Assembly (NCBI GenBank): GCA_051362555.1
Contig: CM120648.1
Coordinates: 13,140,587-13,204,586, forward strand
DNA length: 64,000 nt
Direction: 5' to 3'
DNA from: Lingula anatina
Taxonomy: Eukaryota > Animalia > Brachiopoda
A model generated the notes under the pieces. The model was not told the DNA's origin. It saw nothing but the letters and a program-made list of their open reading frames with translations, and searched no databases. How positions within the stretch are numbered: the stretch's first letter is position 1; every line of letters begins with the position of its first letter. Below are positions 1 to 14,379 of the stretch, one piece after another. The translations under genes were made by a program, and so were the position numbers.

Positions 1-949
1 CCGCAGTAATAACATTGGATGAAAGATTATGAAACGGGAGACTCAGACAAATATATCATATGGATGGCGTATAATCTCATTTCATTAGTCATTTTATGTG
101 GTAATGGATATAATAGAGATGAATTGTTGAATCATTTCCTCGCCACGTGTATTTAAAGACGACATAAATAACAAATACGTCTTAGTCTTGGAACAAATAT
201 GAAGATAAGCTTCTTATAACAATAGGAAGCGACATATTTCTTTATTCATTTGTGTCTGGCTACAGTGACTTAGCAATTACTTGACAAGGTAAATCCAATA
301 AGCAACTATATATTTTAGCCTGAAGTTAAAAACAGGTGCTTCCGGGGCATGCAGAATGATTATAAAATATTTTTGAAACCCCTCGGAAAAAGTTTCAAAG
401 TGTTCACAATTATTTAGAATATCCCTTTTGCCATCTTGTATTTAGCCACATTCCAGTTATTCTGGAGGAATGTTTGTCCTACAGGCACGATGTCGGTGGG
501 ATTAACAAAGCTGCCACCAATATTTTGACGCCAATTTTCCACCCATCTTCAGAGGTAAACTCGCCCACCCATTTCTGTTCATTGCCGGTGTACCGCCAGT
601 ACCGTATAGTATTGCTTTGGTAGCACGTTTCCTATTTTGATTCCAAGTGCATTGCTGGTTCCTCACTAAAAAACTCTATATTTTTTAACATACCTAAACA
701 TTAAAGACCTCATTACTGTACTGTGAGCCCCACGGCCCAGTATATCCGAGCTCCTCTCCTAGGTAACTGTAATAAATAGGACGTTGATTCAACACAAATT
801 TCCAATTAAAATGAATGTAAAACACATAACATGTAGGCGTCATCCGTTTAGACATTGCATTCATATACGAAATTTATCATTGACATAATGAAAAACAAGC
901 AAACAAATTTGATAAAAAGCATCCAGGTTTAAAAGACGCTGCATAAGAG

Positions 950-1105
950 AGAGGTCTTGAGAGGTTTTTTAGGTCATGACAGGTGATGAGGTCATGAGAG
1001 GTCATGAGAGGTCATGAAATTTCATGAGAGGTCCTGACGTCATGAAAAGTATAAAGGTCCTGAGAGTTTTTTTAGGTCATGAAAGGTCATGAAGTCATGA
1101 GAGGT
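950..1105. repeat. Degenerate 10-bp minisatellite (GAGGTCATGA)n
   Basis: Repeated GAGGTCATGA/AGGTCATGA units. Confidence 0.8.
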
Positions 1106-1685
1106 GAATGGCTATGATTTTTATAGCACTTTATAACACTGAATGTTTAAGGATTTTAGACTTTTTTCATATATATCTCGCAACGCCATGTCCCCAAACA
1201 TGGTCTTGTCAACTTTGAAGCACATGAGGTGCCTGAGATTTTGATTGAGAAGCCAAGCGTCATTAGATAAATTCTATTTAGTATGACTTTGTTTTATGCT
1301 GAGATTTATTGTGGTTTAAAGAAGGGGATTCCGTTTCTTTTGGAATGACAGGTCTCGGATTCGAAGCAACCCTCGCCCCCCCTTGGAGTGAGTACGGGGT
1401 CTGCTGAAGGGCCCTGGAGGTTTTTGTCTTTTGGAGGGAAAACGGTGTCATTTGGTACGGTTTAAAAGTTTGAAATGACAAGTCAAATTTCTAATTTCAA
1501 GAAAAAAAATTTTTTTTTCAGAAACCGAAGGGGAGGGGGGTCAGGTCCCCCCTGACCCCCTAAATTCGCCACTGCATAGGGTTTGACTGTCACTTTATCT
1601 AATAATATAATATTCGCTTTCTATGCCATGTATTATATTTGGTACTGTCGCAGAAATATTTCTGTTAAACTATTTGCCATGAATT

Positions 1686-1794
1686 GGGGATAACAACTGT
1701 TCATTTTGGCCAAAAAGGAATTTTTCTGGGGTAAACGGCAATATTCCCATACTTTATTTAATATTTAATGAATCCATTCAACATTCAGAATTAG

Positions 1795-1828
<34 letters not shown>

Positions 1829-2041
1829 TTAAAGTTTGCATTTTTGTAATATTCTCTTAAGAGGTTATTACAGAGTATAGTAAGCTATGGAGGACACGTG
1901 ATGTGATGGCAAGCACAAATTCTAGAATAATGCGTTAACCGCCATTTTCGGTGGTAAAATAGAATTTATTATATTTCTATGAATTGTTTACAATGTATTT
2001 ATTGTGAAATATGGATATCATACGAACAGTTGTTATTCCTT
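1686..2041. mobile_element. Older copy of the same Kolobok-like MITE
   Basis: GGGGATAACAACTGTTC ... GAACAGTTGTTATTCCT|TTAA; the interior matches 45665-46003. Confidence 0.72.
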
Positions 2042-2961
2042 TAATGAAAACCAATCTTAATCCATCCTTTTGTGCGCGATCGGATGAAAAGCGTGACAAA
2101 CAACAACGCCATTATCCCGTGGTACCAGGACACGGCATGGGGTCTGCGACCTTACGGAACACGTCGAAGAGATTAAATTGACTATAAATAAATAAATACA
2201 TAAATAAATTAATTAATTAATAATAACAGGATTATTTTAGAAGAAAGTGCGAGGTCATCCTATTATGTTATGATATAAACAGCATTTTATTTCAATATGT
2301 AAAAATATTTTGAATAGACACGAAAAGAGACCAAAATCAAAATGAGACTAAACTTGTAATTTCTATGAGAATAATTCTGTTTCTATAAAGTTTTTATAAT
2401 CCCTAAAATCTACCATTTGGATACTGTTCAAGTGACATAATATACATACTAATAAACATACTAATTTTGACTTCCCTTGTCTTTTCGTTAAGAGAGCATG
2501 GTGAAAAGATAATTAAGGCACCGACTTTGCTAAATCCAGGTTAACAATTACATTTACCTGGAATAACACTGAAACTGTCGATGACCAGCAAGTATTGCAT
2601 GCAACGATAAATGTTCGTTCAAACAATGTGCTCTTGGGGTGCTGCTTGTCTCACAATAAGACTGCTACAGTTTCCGATTCCATGTTTTGTTCACCACTGA
2701 CGTACAAAGACAATTTGATATGTGCTATAAGCTATTACTGCGAGCAAAATCCGTAATCTATCTCACTTTCTTGTGTCTTATTTTTGTCTTCTGGTTCGAG
2801 AAATGTTATCAATACTTTTGCTTATGCATCTTTTCCATAAACTTCTTAGTACCTGGCTCGACTATTTGATAGCAATCTGGTCGACCTTTAATAAAGTGGA
2901 AGCACGTACAGCATGATGAAATAGACTTTGAAACAGCTCGTGTCAGCTGGCAGTTCTTACA

Positions 2962-5900
2962 ATGGATTCTCAAATGCGGAGCATCAAGCAGCAGTATTTT
3001 TTATTGTTCCACCTATTTCTTCGAGGAGTCTTAGGCATTGAGACAGTCAGTCCACAGGCACGGATTAGTACAACGGTCACCCAAACCTTCCCCGACGGCG
3101 ACAACACCACCTCCCTTATCTCTGGTGTACTAGATAGCAGTAATTCAACGGAAGCGGAAGTTTCCTCCCAGGTTGGTGTCCCAAAGAATCCGCCGCTACA
3201 ATATCAGACTTCTTCAAAAGCAGCCAGTTTCACCGGATCCTATTCTGGTGTAGATGACGGTGATGTGGAAGAACCGGTGACAGAGGCCCCATTGGAGGAA
3301 ATCTCCTCTGACGGAAGGAACACAACCATATCTCCTTTTCCATTCGACTCGAGAAAGGAACAAGACGACACCATGTCCTCAAATTTCACTACGAGCCCAC
3401 TAGCCGCTGGTGAATCCACAGTGACACTTTTGAATGGCACTTCACTTCCGTTTAACTTGCCCAGAACATTTTGCACAGGAAAATTCGTAGTTCAGACAGC
3501 TGGGTGCTTCTGTGACAACTTTTGCGGTTTGTTCCAAGACTGTTGTTCCAATGACTACTGTAAGAAACGTTCTTCATCGGTGGGAATGCGTTTAAGCTCA
3601 AACAACATTGAATGCGTCTTGCAGTCCACCTCGTTTTTTTCTGAACTTAATCCCCAGCATTTCTGGATGGTGACATCATGTCCAGATGAATGGCCACATG
3701 ATACCGTGCGCAGTAAATGTGAAGGTCCTCGAAATACCAGTGATGTTAATCGCATTGTTCCCGTGTCTGACTTGGCAACAAACCTGACATTTCATAACGA
3801 ACATTGTGCAATGTGCCACGGTATATCTGATTTCCAACAATGGGGTTTTTACTTCACATGTCAAAAATCCTTATCTTTTGACATCGACAGTTTTTTCAAC
3901 ATTATCGATGAAGACGATTTCATGGAACAGGGAAGATCAAAAGATGGTTGTAGCTTGTTCTTTACCCCTCCAGTCGACATTCCCGGCAGACCGTGCATTC
4001 CATCTGATTTCATGCCTATTGTTTCTGTATCGGGTATAGGGATCAGAGCAGTGCAGTGTTACCCAGAACTCGAGGAACTTTGTTGGACAGGACCAATATC
4101 CGTCACTCATATTCAGTGGTGGTCGTGGCACTTTTACGCAAGAAATGCCTTTTGTTGGCTTTGCAGATGGCCCAGTAATTTACTGACGCACATTAGAAAT
4201 TGTACTGTTTCAGGTAAGTTTTATTTCTTTTTGTCTCAGGAGGAAAGTGCAAACGTTCATTGGACGCATTGAACAAGTAAAACAATAGCTACAACACATT
4301 CTACAAAAAGTATTTTTAACGTATCAATATTTAAATTAAATTAAAGCACTGCCCTGATTTTGCCTATGTAGAGTTTCGGATCGGAACGGGAAGAGTTATT
4401 GCTATTATGAGGTAACTGTTGTCTTCTTATTCCTTCATCAATTCAAAGCATCCGATAGGAATTTGGAAAATGTAAATATTCGATTGATAAACTGTCATCA
4501 TATGGCAAATACTGGCCTCATCTTGCTACGTATCTATTAACTTGTTTTAAAAGTGTCACTAGCTAACTGCAGTTAAGATTTCATCTGTCATCTGTTATTT
4601 TGTTCAATTAGTTGTGTCGCGTGGTCAACGATTGAACAAAGTATTATCTGCTATCATTAAAAAAATTGTTTTAAATTTTATGCATATAATACTGATAGAA
4701 AATGAATGAATAAAGGAGGAAGGAATCTTGACAGAAAACCCAGTGACTTATATATTTATAAAGTAAAAGTTACAGCCAAATCAAAATATAATTTTGAAAT
4801 TCCAGCAACAATTCACATAAAATACTAGTAGCATCATGGCAACATGTGCGCATTAGCCGAAGAAAGGACGAATAAATAAGAGATGTAACAAAGAAAGAAA
4901 CACGTTTTAAAAACAAATATCGCTTATTATTACACGTAGCCTCACCTTATACGAATCACGTGTACTGAAAAACGAACGGAAATGACAACAGTCTTATCGG
5001 GAAATTAGTTGATCTAAAGAAACAAGTCATCTGATTAGCCTCGGCTTAGATGTCCGGTACGCTTAATGAAGCTGCAAAACGATAATTAATTACCCCCCAA
5101 AACACGTACAAAATCACACTGGTCTTTTCACCATTTTTGTAAGAGAGTAGTGCACCCTGTGGTTAGAGAGTATTATTTAACTAGATTAAGGGAAGTAATT
5201 GGAGCCATCAGTTTCTGATTTTATAGATGGAAGTAAGCTTACCCTTTTCAACATTGGTTGTGTTCACAAAAGACTGTAAATGTTACAGAGAGGAGGGAAA
5301 TACCAGACAGAGAGAGAGAGAGAGATTGAAGGAGCAAATTACGCAAAAATATTGATACTGGGTAGATTGTTCTCTCGTCCACTTCTTGCATGTTATATGT
5401 CGATGAGAGGAGATAGGCCTTTTTTTCAACTTTTGCTCCTAGATAGATAAATAGATATTTTGTTTAAAGGGATAATAACTCTTCGTTTTGGCCAAAAAAA
5501 TGAAACTTCTTCCATGTTATATGTCGATGAGTGGAGATAGGCCTTATTTAACTGTTGCTCCTAGATAGATAAATAGATATTTTGTTTAAAGGGATAATAA
5601 CTCTTCGTTTTGGCCAAAAAATGAATTTTCCTGGAGTAAACAACAATTTTCCCATACTTACCATCCATTTTTACATTCAAAGTTAGTCCCTGTTTTTTTT
5701 TCTAAAAAGTTTAGTTTTTTGTTAAAATTTCTTTAACAGAATATATTTTATGTCTGTGAGTTATTCACAATGTTTTTATTGTGAAATATAAATCTCATAC
5801 GAAGAGTTATTATCCCTTTAATCTTTATTTTATAGCCATTTTTACAATACCAACAAGTCAAGCTGTCAAAATATATTTGGGGAGATACTGTACATGTACT

Positions 5901-8900
5901 GTCAACACGTTTACATATATCGCTAGTGATTTTTTTTTTTTTTTTTTTTTTGTCCTAAAAGCTGTGGCTATCCTTGGACATAATAACGAAATTTCGTAAT
6001 TTACTCCATGGGCTATCTCATATCTGTTGAAAGGACGAAGTGTCGCTTTGTCTTGAAAACAACCACTTGTCCTAGCGGGCTTGTATCAGTGAGCTATATG
6101 AATAAGGTTTATACATGTAGATCCTCACTTGCACTTTCTACGCTTGAATCACTATGATTTTCTTAGCACGATTTAACTCTCCTCTGATATCAGGACCGCA
6201 CTAAAATAACCACACTGTGCTTTTCAACATATCTGTAACAGACTACTAGTGCACCATGTGGTCAGAGAGTATTATTTAACCATGATTGATAGATAGAGAG
6301 ACAAGGGAGCTGGGGTGGGTTGAAAGAGCACAATATCAAACAAATTGATACTCTGCAAATTGTTCTCTCCTTCATTTTCTGCACGTGTAATGTTGAGGAG
6401 TAGAAATTGGCCTTTTTTCAACTTCTGCTGCCTGATACATGTATCTATCCCACTCTGTCCTTGGATTCGACCTTTGATAAAAAGTATCAAGGTCGATTTT
6501 AGCCTTAAATGAATGACCAGGCATTATCACAGTGACCATTTTCCTATGTAAGATCCAATGGAAACATCAACATCAAGTAAGTTAAGTCGGGAAAATCCGT
6601 TTAATCTGAGTGCTGACTGAAAAATCCTAGCTTGGAAGGCTTAAAGGATTGAATGCCTTTGTCGGTTGAAAGGACGGCATGTCGCCATGTTTTCACGAAG
6701 ATCTGGGCGTGTCAATGTTATTAAAAATCACTAGCCCTAGCCTAGCTTGACCCTCTAAGGTTGAATAAATAACACTTTCTTACATATAGCACCCAGGGGC
6801 GTTTGCACCTCCTTGCAAGCAAAGTGTAATCATGACTAAGGAAAACGGTGGCAATCAGCACTTTCAGATTGAAGAGATACTAGCAAAGTTATTTGTTTTT
6901 CTTTTACACAGATCGTATTTACAGAATGCTGTGAATATTACAAAGGATGAGTGATGGTAACCCTTGGCAAAGTGCCCATCGTCAAAATTTAAAAATAATT
7001 TGCTATTATAAAGTTTATGCATATATTTGTTGCGTGAAAAAACATTTTTAAGGCATTATTACTGGGTATATTAAATGAGTTATACGAAGGGGTTGCCAGA
7101 TATACCTGTTGTATGCAGTCTAATGAATCAGATCAACTTGTTTGACCATATATATTACATCAATGATATTTTCTAATGGAATGTGTCTTGTTGTATAAAA
7201 GGGAGTTATATGTTAAATACTTGTGGCGTGTGCACAAGTAAATGGGAAAGCAATTGTATTTTTAAAACTCTATAGAAGAGAGGGAGGGGTGGTGTATTAC
7301 GGTATTTTCTCACAGAAGCCATCACTGATTTCACTCTACTTGTGTAACTAGGGCAACTTGTTTCAGCATATTTATTCATTTTATGTAACTTTTTTTCCTA
7401 GACCCGCATTTGTTGGTCTAAATAATTGTATTGATGGCCAATATACCTTTTGTTAAAGGCTCTATAAAGAATAATAAAAAATGCTGAAAGCAAAAAGCGG
7501 TTACAGTACCAAAAATATCATTGGTAAAAGCACTCTAAATAGCTATTTGGAATATTTCCAATAACCATAAAATAAATAACGTATAAATTCACCCAAAATA
7601 ATGATAAGGTAAATATAAAAACTGAATGAAAATAAAGTATACATCAAAACAGCTGTGGCTAATAATCTGTATGACAGTGAAATTAATCCATCAGTATAGT
7701 GGCTAGCTTGCTTTATCTGGTAAACGTCTGGTAATTAATTATAGGCTGGTGGTCTCTTGTTTGGACTATTTACCAAGTCAATAGGTTTTCACTGATCTCC
7801 TTGACATCAGAAGTCATTCATAGCATTTTGGCCAAAAAGAAAACAACAGTGCCATAACAAACAGTGCTGTTGTGGAACGTTAAGTAACAAAACTAGGATG
7901 TGTGTGATGGAGCCGTTTATTTTACTTTTTATGCTAAATATATGTAAAAGGGGGTATTAACACAATGATCTTAGTTGTACAATATGTTAACCATGCCCAT
8001 TAGGAGTGTGATGGGTCAAGCCCACCCTTTGTGTAAAGGGTCTCTATATAATGTAGGGGCCACTACAGTGTACGTCTGCTATTATCATAACTAATATAAC
8101 TTTGAATATCTGAAGAACAACTTACATTTTATCTTTCTTAATTCTAAGAAATAAGAATCGAAAAAATATACTAACTGTATTTAGACTCCATTTCTCATCC
8201 ATATTTTTCTTTTAACATGCAAAAAATTAAATGAATTTTCTTTTTCTGCTTGCAACTGAAAATATTTTACTAATTCTTACTATTGTTTCCCTTTCAAAGA
8301 CACGTTTTTTTAGGAGTTGTTCTTTTTGTACAAAAGATACCCTTTGTCTGTCTACCTTTCCTATGTAAGCATGAACAGGTAGCAGCTACCTCATGACAGG
8401 AATAAACATGGCTGACGGCCAGCATATGGACTGAAAATGTCCACATAAGTTCTGAGTAGATATCAAGCCCAACCTTACGACAAGCTGATTTTTAAATATA
8501 TCTCACCTTATATTCATGTCTTTTCAACCATGAATAATAAGCTTGTCTTAATCAGAGGTTCATATAAAAAATGAACATCGTTTATCCTCAAGTCATTGTG
8601 AGATTCTTCTTTCAATCAGCACTTCATGTAAGAATAAAGCAATCCAAATATTGATCCCAAGCATTGATTGGCCACTTATTGCCTTTCCTTTTTAAACTGA
8701 CAGCTTATGTACCCAATTACAAAATTTCACCGATTGTTTTTTCTGCGTACTGATAAATGCCAAAACTTACCCACACAGACCTTGCGGGGAATCAAGATCA
8801 TTTAAAGATGCATATGAAGGCAATTTTTGCACACAAAAGCCAACCAAATGCCAGCATATAGTTTCAAATAGCATAAGTAAGAGAATAACCAAAAGACATC

Positions 8901-11440
8901 TGTTAATATTACCCCCAAAATTTTATCTAAACAAGCTTTCTATGACGTAAATGAATGGGACATAAAAGTAGGTCAATTAAGTAGGTTAAATTTCTGACCA
9001 AAAATTTAAAGAAGGAGCAGTCTAAAGCGTTTTTATGTCTGATCGAGTGATTTATTCAGTTGATCCCTTGGCATGTCGAATTTATTTGAGTCGTATAAGA
9101 AACTAGCAGCAGTGGTTTATATGTGTAAATGGGAATCCACGCTCCACCGAAGTTCGGTTCATCTGTACCTTTGAAAAAAGATTGTATTGTGGACTGAAAA
9201 AATCCAGCAATGCGGAGATCAGTGGATAGTATAAAAATGGAGGTAGAGTGGGCTCTACTTAAAATCCACTTTAATGTCACTATGACGTGCCTGAGTGTGT
9301 GGCAGTCACAATGCAAGGCTGTGCTTTTTACTTATTAGTATATCATAAGACAGTATGTATTGGTTGTATTAATTTTAAATGTGCTATTACTTTGTGTTGT
9401 AATGTGGGTATTGAATAAAACGCTTAAGAAAATCCGCCCCTGACTGCAGGCACAAGATTGATGAATTATAGATCACTTCTTAGGCCTTTCATCTAAATAA
9501 TAATATTTAGTATTTACTAAATTTTGTGATGAGGTGAAAAATGTCGTGTCGACTGAAGAAAAAACATGCAGTTGGAAACAAAAGCGTCGATGGACTGCTT
9601 ATATAAAGTCACCTTTATCGATCTAAATAAAAATAGAAAAAAAATTAGAAAAAAAAATAAAAATTTAATCTTTCTTGACTTGAAACAATGCCGTAGATAG
9701 TGAATATTAATTCTAGTGGCACGTGTCGGCTTAGATCTCACTCACCTAAATCAATTACCATTTTGCTGCAACGAAGAGCGGCTACCCTTACTGTTTGATA
9801 TATTGCTGCTCCCTATGACAGAGGAGCACCATGCTTGCGCGAAGACAACGTCGTCATGCGGTTTAAAGGCAGATCTCTAAAGAGAAAAAAAACCCTCTAG
9901 TAATGTTTTTCTTTTAAGTTTTCGCTCAAAAAGCAAATGTTTATTTCTGTTATTATTATTATGCAACCTCCTTTATTATTCAGTGTATCTTTTTATCTTT
10001 CCAGTATCAAGTCAATCCTTCGATCCGCTAGGTTTTACTGTCCAGATCGACACCTCCGGGGCGCGGTATAAGAAACCATGTGAACGAAGCAGAGACCAGG
10101 TAAGTCATTAATTCGAAGAAGCCATGGATATAAAGGTTTTAGAGATACATGTAGAATATCATGTATGTTCTTGTGACTATCTACATTTTTTTCTACAGCT
10201 GAATACGGATGTGATAGAGGCATACTCTTAGAGGGCATAGAAATTATTTGTTAACACAAACAATATGGATTACGTTCATGTAAAAAAATACTTTTTGGGG
10301 TTTACAAAAAATACCATAGAAAATTTAAAGCTGGTTTCATTTCTATTACACCATTAGAAGCGTCTGCATATTGTTATCATGCAAAATACCCGCCTTGCAG
10401 ATAATGAAGTACATCAATAGAAAAAAATGTCAAATCCATCCTATCTTACATCATTTTTTAAGATAGACGTCGCCTCTGTCAATGTAGTACACCTTGGACA
10501 CATTCGCTATTATTAGATTAGAGAGTTTTTTTTTAAATACTGTTTTTAAAAAAAAATATTTATTAAAATACTGACGTTAATTGGGTAAACGTTTGATAGC
10601 ATTTGGCGGTGTCTTTTTAATTTTAATGAACATTTTTGTGCTCGCTAACTATCACTGTAAAGCATCCGATTTGACGGTGTGTTTACCGATGAGACTTAAT
10701 TAGTCATGCCGGATATGGAATCTGGACTTGTAAAAGAATCTATATAAAATGATTTATAGTTCTGCCAAAAGTTATAGTTACAAGGAACCTTTTGGAAAAT
10801 TCTGTATATCTGAGGGGAAACTTTTGCTTTCTAGGCACTTTGCAACGAAGAAGAGGACCAGTGTTTTACTCCAATACGATATCTGGTCAACATTGATTTT
10901 AACATCCAAATGGCGCTTATGTCGGAACACGAACAGAAGGCTTCTGCAGCTGAAGGCATTTGTGAGGTGGGCATAGCTTATCTATTCTATGCCAAGATTT
11001 ACAAAGCTATCGGCAACGGGACATGGCGCTTTATGCCTGACCGGAACACGTGTACACAGATGAGCCGCAATGCAACAAACCAATCACTGGTGGCGATCTC
11101 CAACTTTCAGGTCAGATTAACCAAAATGGTACGTGGTTATCGTGAAGGTTCCAAGCTGTTTGCTTCCTACCGTGCAGAGTTCTCCAGGACGCTGAAGGCC
11201 AGGAACGAAACGGTCTACTTTAACGCCCAAGAATATCTTGTCATCTTGCTGGATTCGGACGCGGGCCGCTGCCCACTGCCGATGGAGGTGCATGACGGGA
11301 AAAATGACACGGCGTCCTCATGTGCCAGGGGTGGTCTGCGTGGTGATGCACTGGTACACGCCGTGTTTGCTATTTTCTCGGGTATTTTAGCTTGTGGGTG
11401 TTTGATCTACCGGTTTGACAGGAATGTAGTCTTAGGTTGA
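2962..11440 (+). CDS. SMB-like/Cys-rich cell-surface protein, paralogue 1 (3 exons: 2962-4213, 10005-10099, 10835-11440; 650 aa)
   Basis: Exon 1 ends CAG|GTAAG (phase 1). Exon 2 is bounded by TTTCCAG| and CAG|GTAAG (95 nt, VSSQSFDPLGFTVQIDTSGARYKKPCERSRDQ). Exon 3 follows CTTTCTAG| and is in frame with ORF 10910-11440. Total 1953 nt with no internal stop. Signal-like N-terminus, S/T-rich stalk, CFCDNFCGLFQDCCSNDYC (somatomedin-B-like), WMVTSCP..W..CE..VPVSD..TF.N.HCAMC module, hydrophobic C-terminus. The same exon structure is conserved in the inverted paralogue. Confidence 0.85.
5590..5817. mobile_element. Internally deleted copy of the same Kolobok-like MITE
   Basis: TTAA|AGGGATAATAACTCTTCGT ... 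ACGAAGAGTTATTATCCCT|TTAA; its left end is included in a ~120-bp tandem duplication (5385-5627). Confidence 0.78.
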
Positions 11441-13755
11441 CTTGCCAACACATTCTACCTCTCTTCTCTGTAACTCTTTTTGGACTAGGGTGGGCCATTT
11501 TCACCCACAACCAGGGGAACAAAGAACTTTTGGCATTAGATATATCTATGGACATTGATTATCAGGTTCTGTCCTATATTTTTTTTCGCATAACAACGTC
11601 GTTTCCAGGCGGCTTCGTCGGCAGCATACCATGTCCATGATTACATTAGTTAATACAATATTAATAAGCCCCTGGGTCACTGTAGGTATGTCCCCCTTTA
11701 CAGGGTACTTAGATAATCTTCCCTTAAATTTCCCTTCCCAAAAAAGGAGCAACAAGCGAAGCAAAGCAAAACCAAACATTTTCCACCCCTATGATGTCTA
11801 TATTGTAGTAAATCTGTACTTGTTCATTGCTTATTTTCCCAATATCAGCATTTTGCTCTTTCCTTGATCTCCCAGCCTGTGTGGTAAACCACCCTATAGC
11901 TTAAAGGTACATATGAACCGAGCATCGGTGGAGCGTGTATTCCCAGTGACATATATAAATCGCTCCTGCTAGTTTCTTATACGACTGCCAAGGGATAAAC
12001 TTAATGAACCATTTGATCAGCCATTTAAGAGCTTTAGACTGCTCCTTTCTTTCAATTTTTGGTCAGAAATTTAACCTACTTTCGTGACCTACTTTTCTGA
12101 CCCATTGATATACAGCATAGAATGTTAGCAGAGAAATCCATTCAAATATCATTTTTGGGGTAAAAGTAAACAATGCCTGGTCATTCTCTTAGTTATACTA
12201 CTTGAAACTGTATGCTGGTATTTGGTTGGCTTTTGTCGCAAAAATTGATTTCATATGCATCTTAAATACACCCAAAGACGTCTTTAAATACGCAAGAATT
12301 CACCTGTACCGGACTTCATCCGACATGCTTATGTGCAATTAGTATGAAAATGTATGGTCTGGGAGTCGTCTTAGAAAGCATTACATAGGCGATTCACAAA
12401 ACGCAGTGAATTTGGAAGACATAAAATGGAATAATTAAGAAAATATTTGTAGTTTTTATCATTTTTATTATTTTATTCGTTGCGGCACGCACCCGCTAGA
12501 ACGCCATTATTTCTGACCCTACTCTCCACGTCCTGCAAAATGTCACTTGATTTTACGCTACATGTAATTCCTCAGAATTAGGAGTTTCTCGGTTGATTCT
12601 CATGGATAGTGCTTTCTACCTGACGACTCTTTTAAAATGGCCCGGCGTAACACTGAGTTACCATCAATGAAAAATTGGTACTCTGTTTATATTGGTAGAA
12701 TTTATTTCTGTGGCCCATAAACATGTTTTATCTTTGCCTATTGGAATACAACATCATATTGATAGTAATTACCATATAGGGAGATGCTCATATACTAACT
12801 GTTATGTACAGAAATCTCTGGAGTATCTATTATTATACGGAAAAAATTGTACATGTAATGGAACATTGTATGTATATGTAAAAGTGTGTAGGTGTCAAGG
12901 TGTGAAGTAAGATGTCAATTTTCCACATTTAATTATCACCGAGGTTTTGACTTAACCGTGCGATTGTAGAATCGGCGTTTGGTGGAATGACTTGGTGTCG
13001 TTTGCACAATTGCTAAATACGTTAACTGAAGCCACTGACACACCTAGCTCATAGCAAAAACGCATGAGAAACAATGCCCATTAGCAGTCAGACTTATGTC
13101 GCATACGTCTGGAGTACGCAACCAAACGTTGGTGTCGTCCTCTTCCCCAGAGGATATAAACTTCAAAAACACTTTCGGATGCTGCTTTTATATATTTATC
13201 TTAATACTCTGGAAACCGGGTGTTTTTAAACGATCAAAGTTGGGCGTATAATCGATGTTACTATGATGCTCATACGGACCTCTTTACGCTAGGTGTTACA
13301 GTGTTTTACATACCTGGGATCCAACGAAAAGAGAAACACTGAACTTGGCAACCTCATATCATCCAAATTTGGCTCCAACTGATGTGAGTGGCCAATCTTT
13401 TTCTACAGATATTGTACAGAACTGTGTTGTGCAAGCGTGTTGTAGTCGTCAAAATTTCTATAACAAATTTCATTAAATTTGCTAAAGTGAATATACTGTT
13501 ATGTGTAACATCATATATTTATAGTAAAATGCAACAGGGGCCTATATAAATCCCACCCCAATATACATGTATCTGTATCTTAGAGAATCATAGCATATAA
13601 ATATGTCTAAGTAGCAATAGCTAATATTTATCTGTCTTCATTAAGCATGGGCTTTAAGCAAAGAAAAGGATACGAAGTAACAGTAGAGAGAAAGGTGATA
13701 ATATTACATTACATTCAACTTTGTATAAAGTGCAAGGTAACAGTTCAAAATATTG

Positions 13756-13756
<1 letters not shown>

Positions 13757-13825
<69 letters not shown>

Positions 13826-14162
13826 ATGTATGTATACATATGGCATTGGGTAATATTTGCTCTGAATGTGCCCATTATTCGTAATTTACTCGTGTTATTT
13901 TTTTGTTAAGTGTTTTATTAAATTGAATTTACTGGTTTTTAGTGGCTCATCGGATGAGTTGGCTGAGAGAGAGAGAGAGAGAGAGAGAGATAGGGAGAGA
14001 AAGAGAGAGATGAAGAGAGACTGTAAGAGGGAGATAGAGAGAGGGAGTGTGTAAGAGGGAGAGTGAGAGATAGTAAGAAAGAGTAAGAAAGAGAGAGAGG
14101 AAGAGAGAGAAAAAGAGAGAGAGAAGGAGAGGAAGAGAGAGAAGAGAGAGAGGAGGAGGAGG
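13757..14162. repeat. (TA)n/(TG)n and (GA)n microsatellites; the (GA)n part is mirrored as (CT)n at ~20155-20400
   Basis: Directly visible. Confidence 0.9.
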
Positions 14163-14379
14163 AATGTTTACTTCTTTTATGATATAAATATATTCAAGAA
14201 AAATATGTTCTAAAATATACTTAACTTTCGTCTCTATGTTTATATTATTTTATAGTGTAAGGAATAATAACTTTTGGCTCATGTCTGACAATAGTCGCAT
14301 GTGCATACAGCATTTAATTAATTCGTTGAATGGGTAGACGCATGCACCCATATAGAAGCAATGTTGGACGCATGGTCAG

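Noticed and set aside
3240-4131. Overlapping and antisense ORFs conserved in both arms (e.g. 3555-3755 vs 26538-26738)
   Set aside because: Conservation is explained by the sense-strand exon; there are no independent coding signals.
4214-4272. C-termini of the 436-aa and 439-aa ORFs as real protein ends
   Set aside because: Both run through a conserved G|GTAAG donor and diverge in frame afterwards; this is intron read-through.
13647-14054. ORFs rich in IY/ER/LS repeats (also 19981-20337, 22752-23009, 30105-30335)
   Set aside because: Translations of microsatellites.
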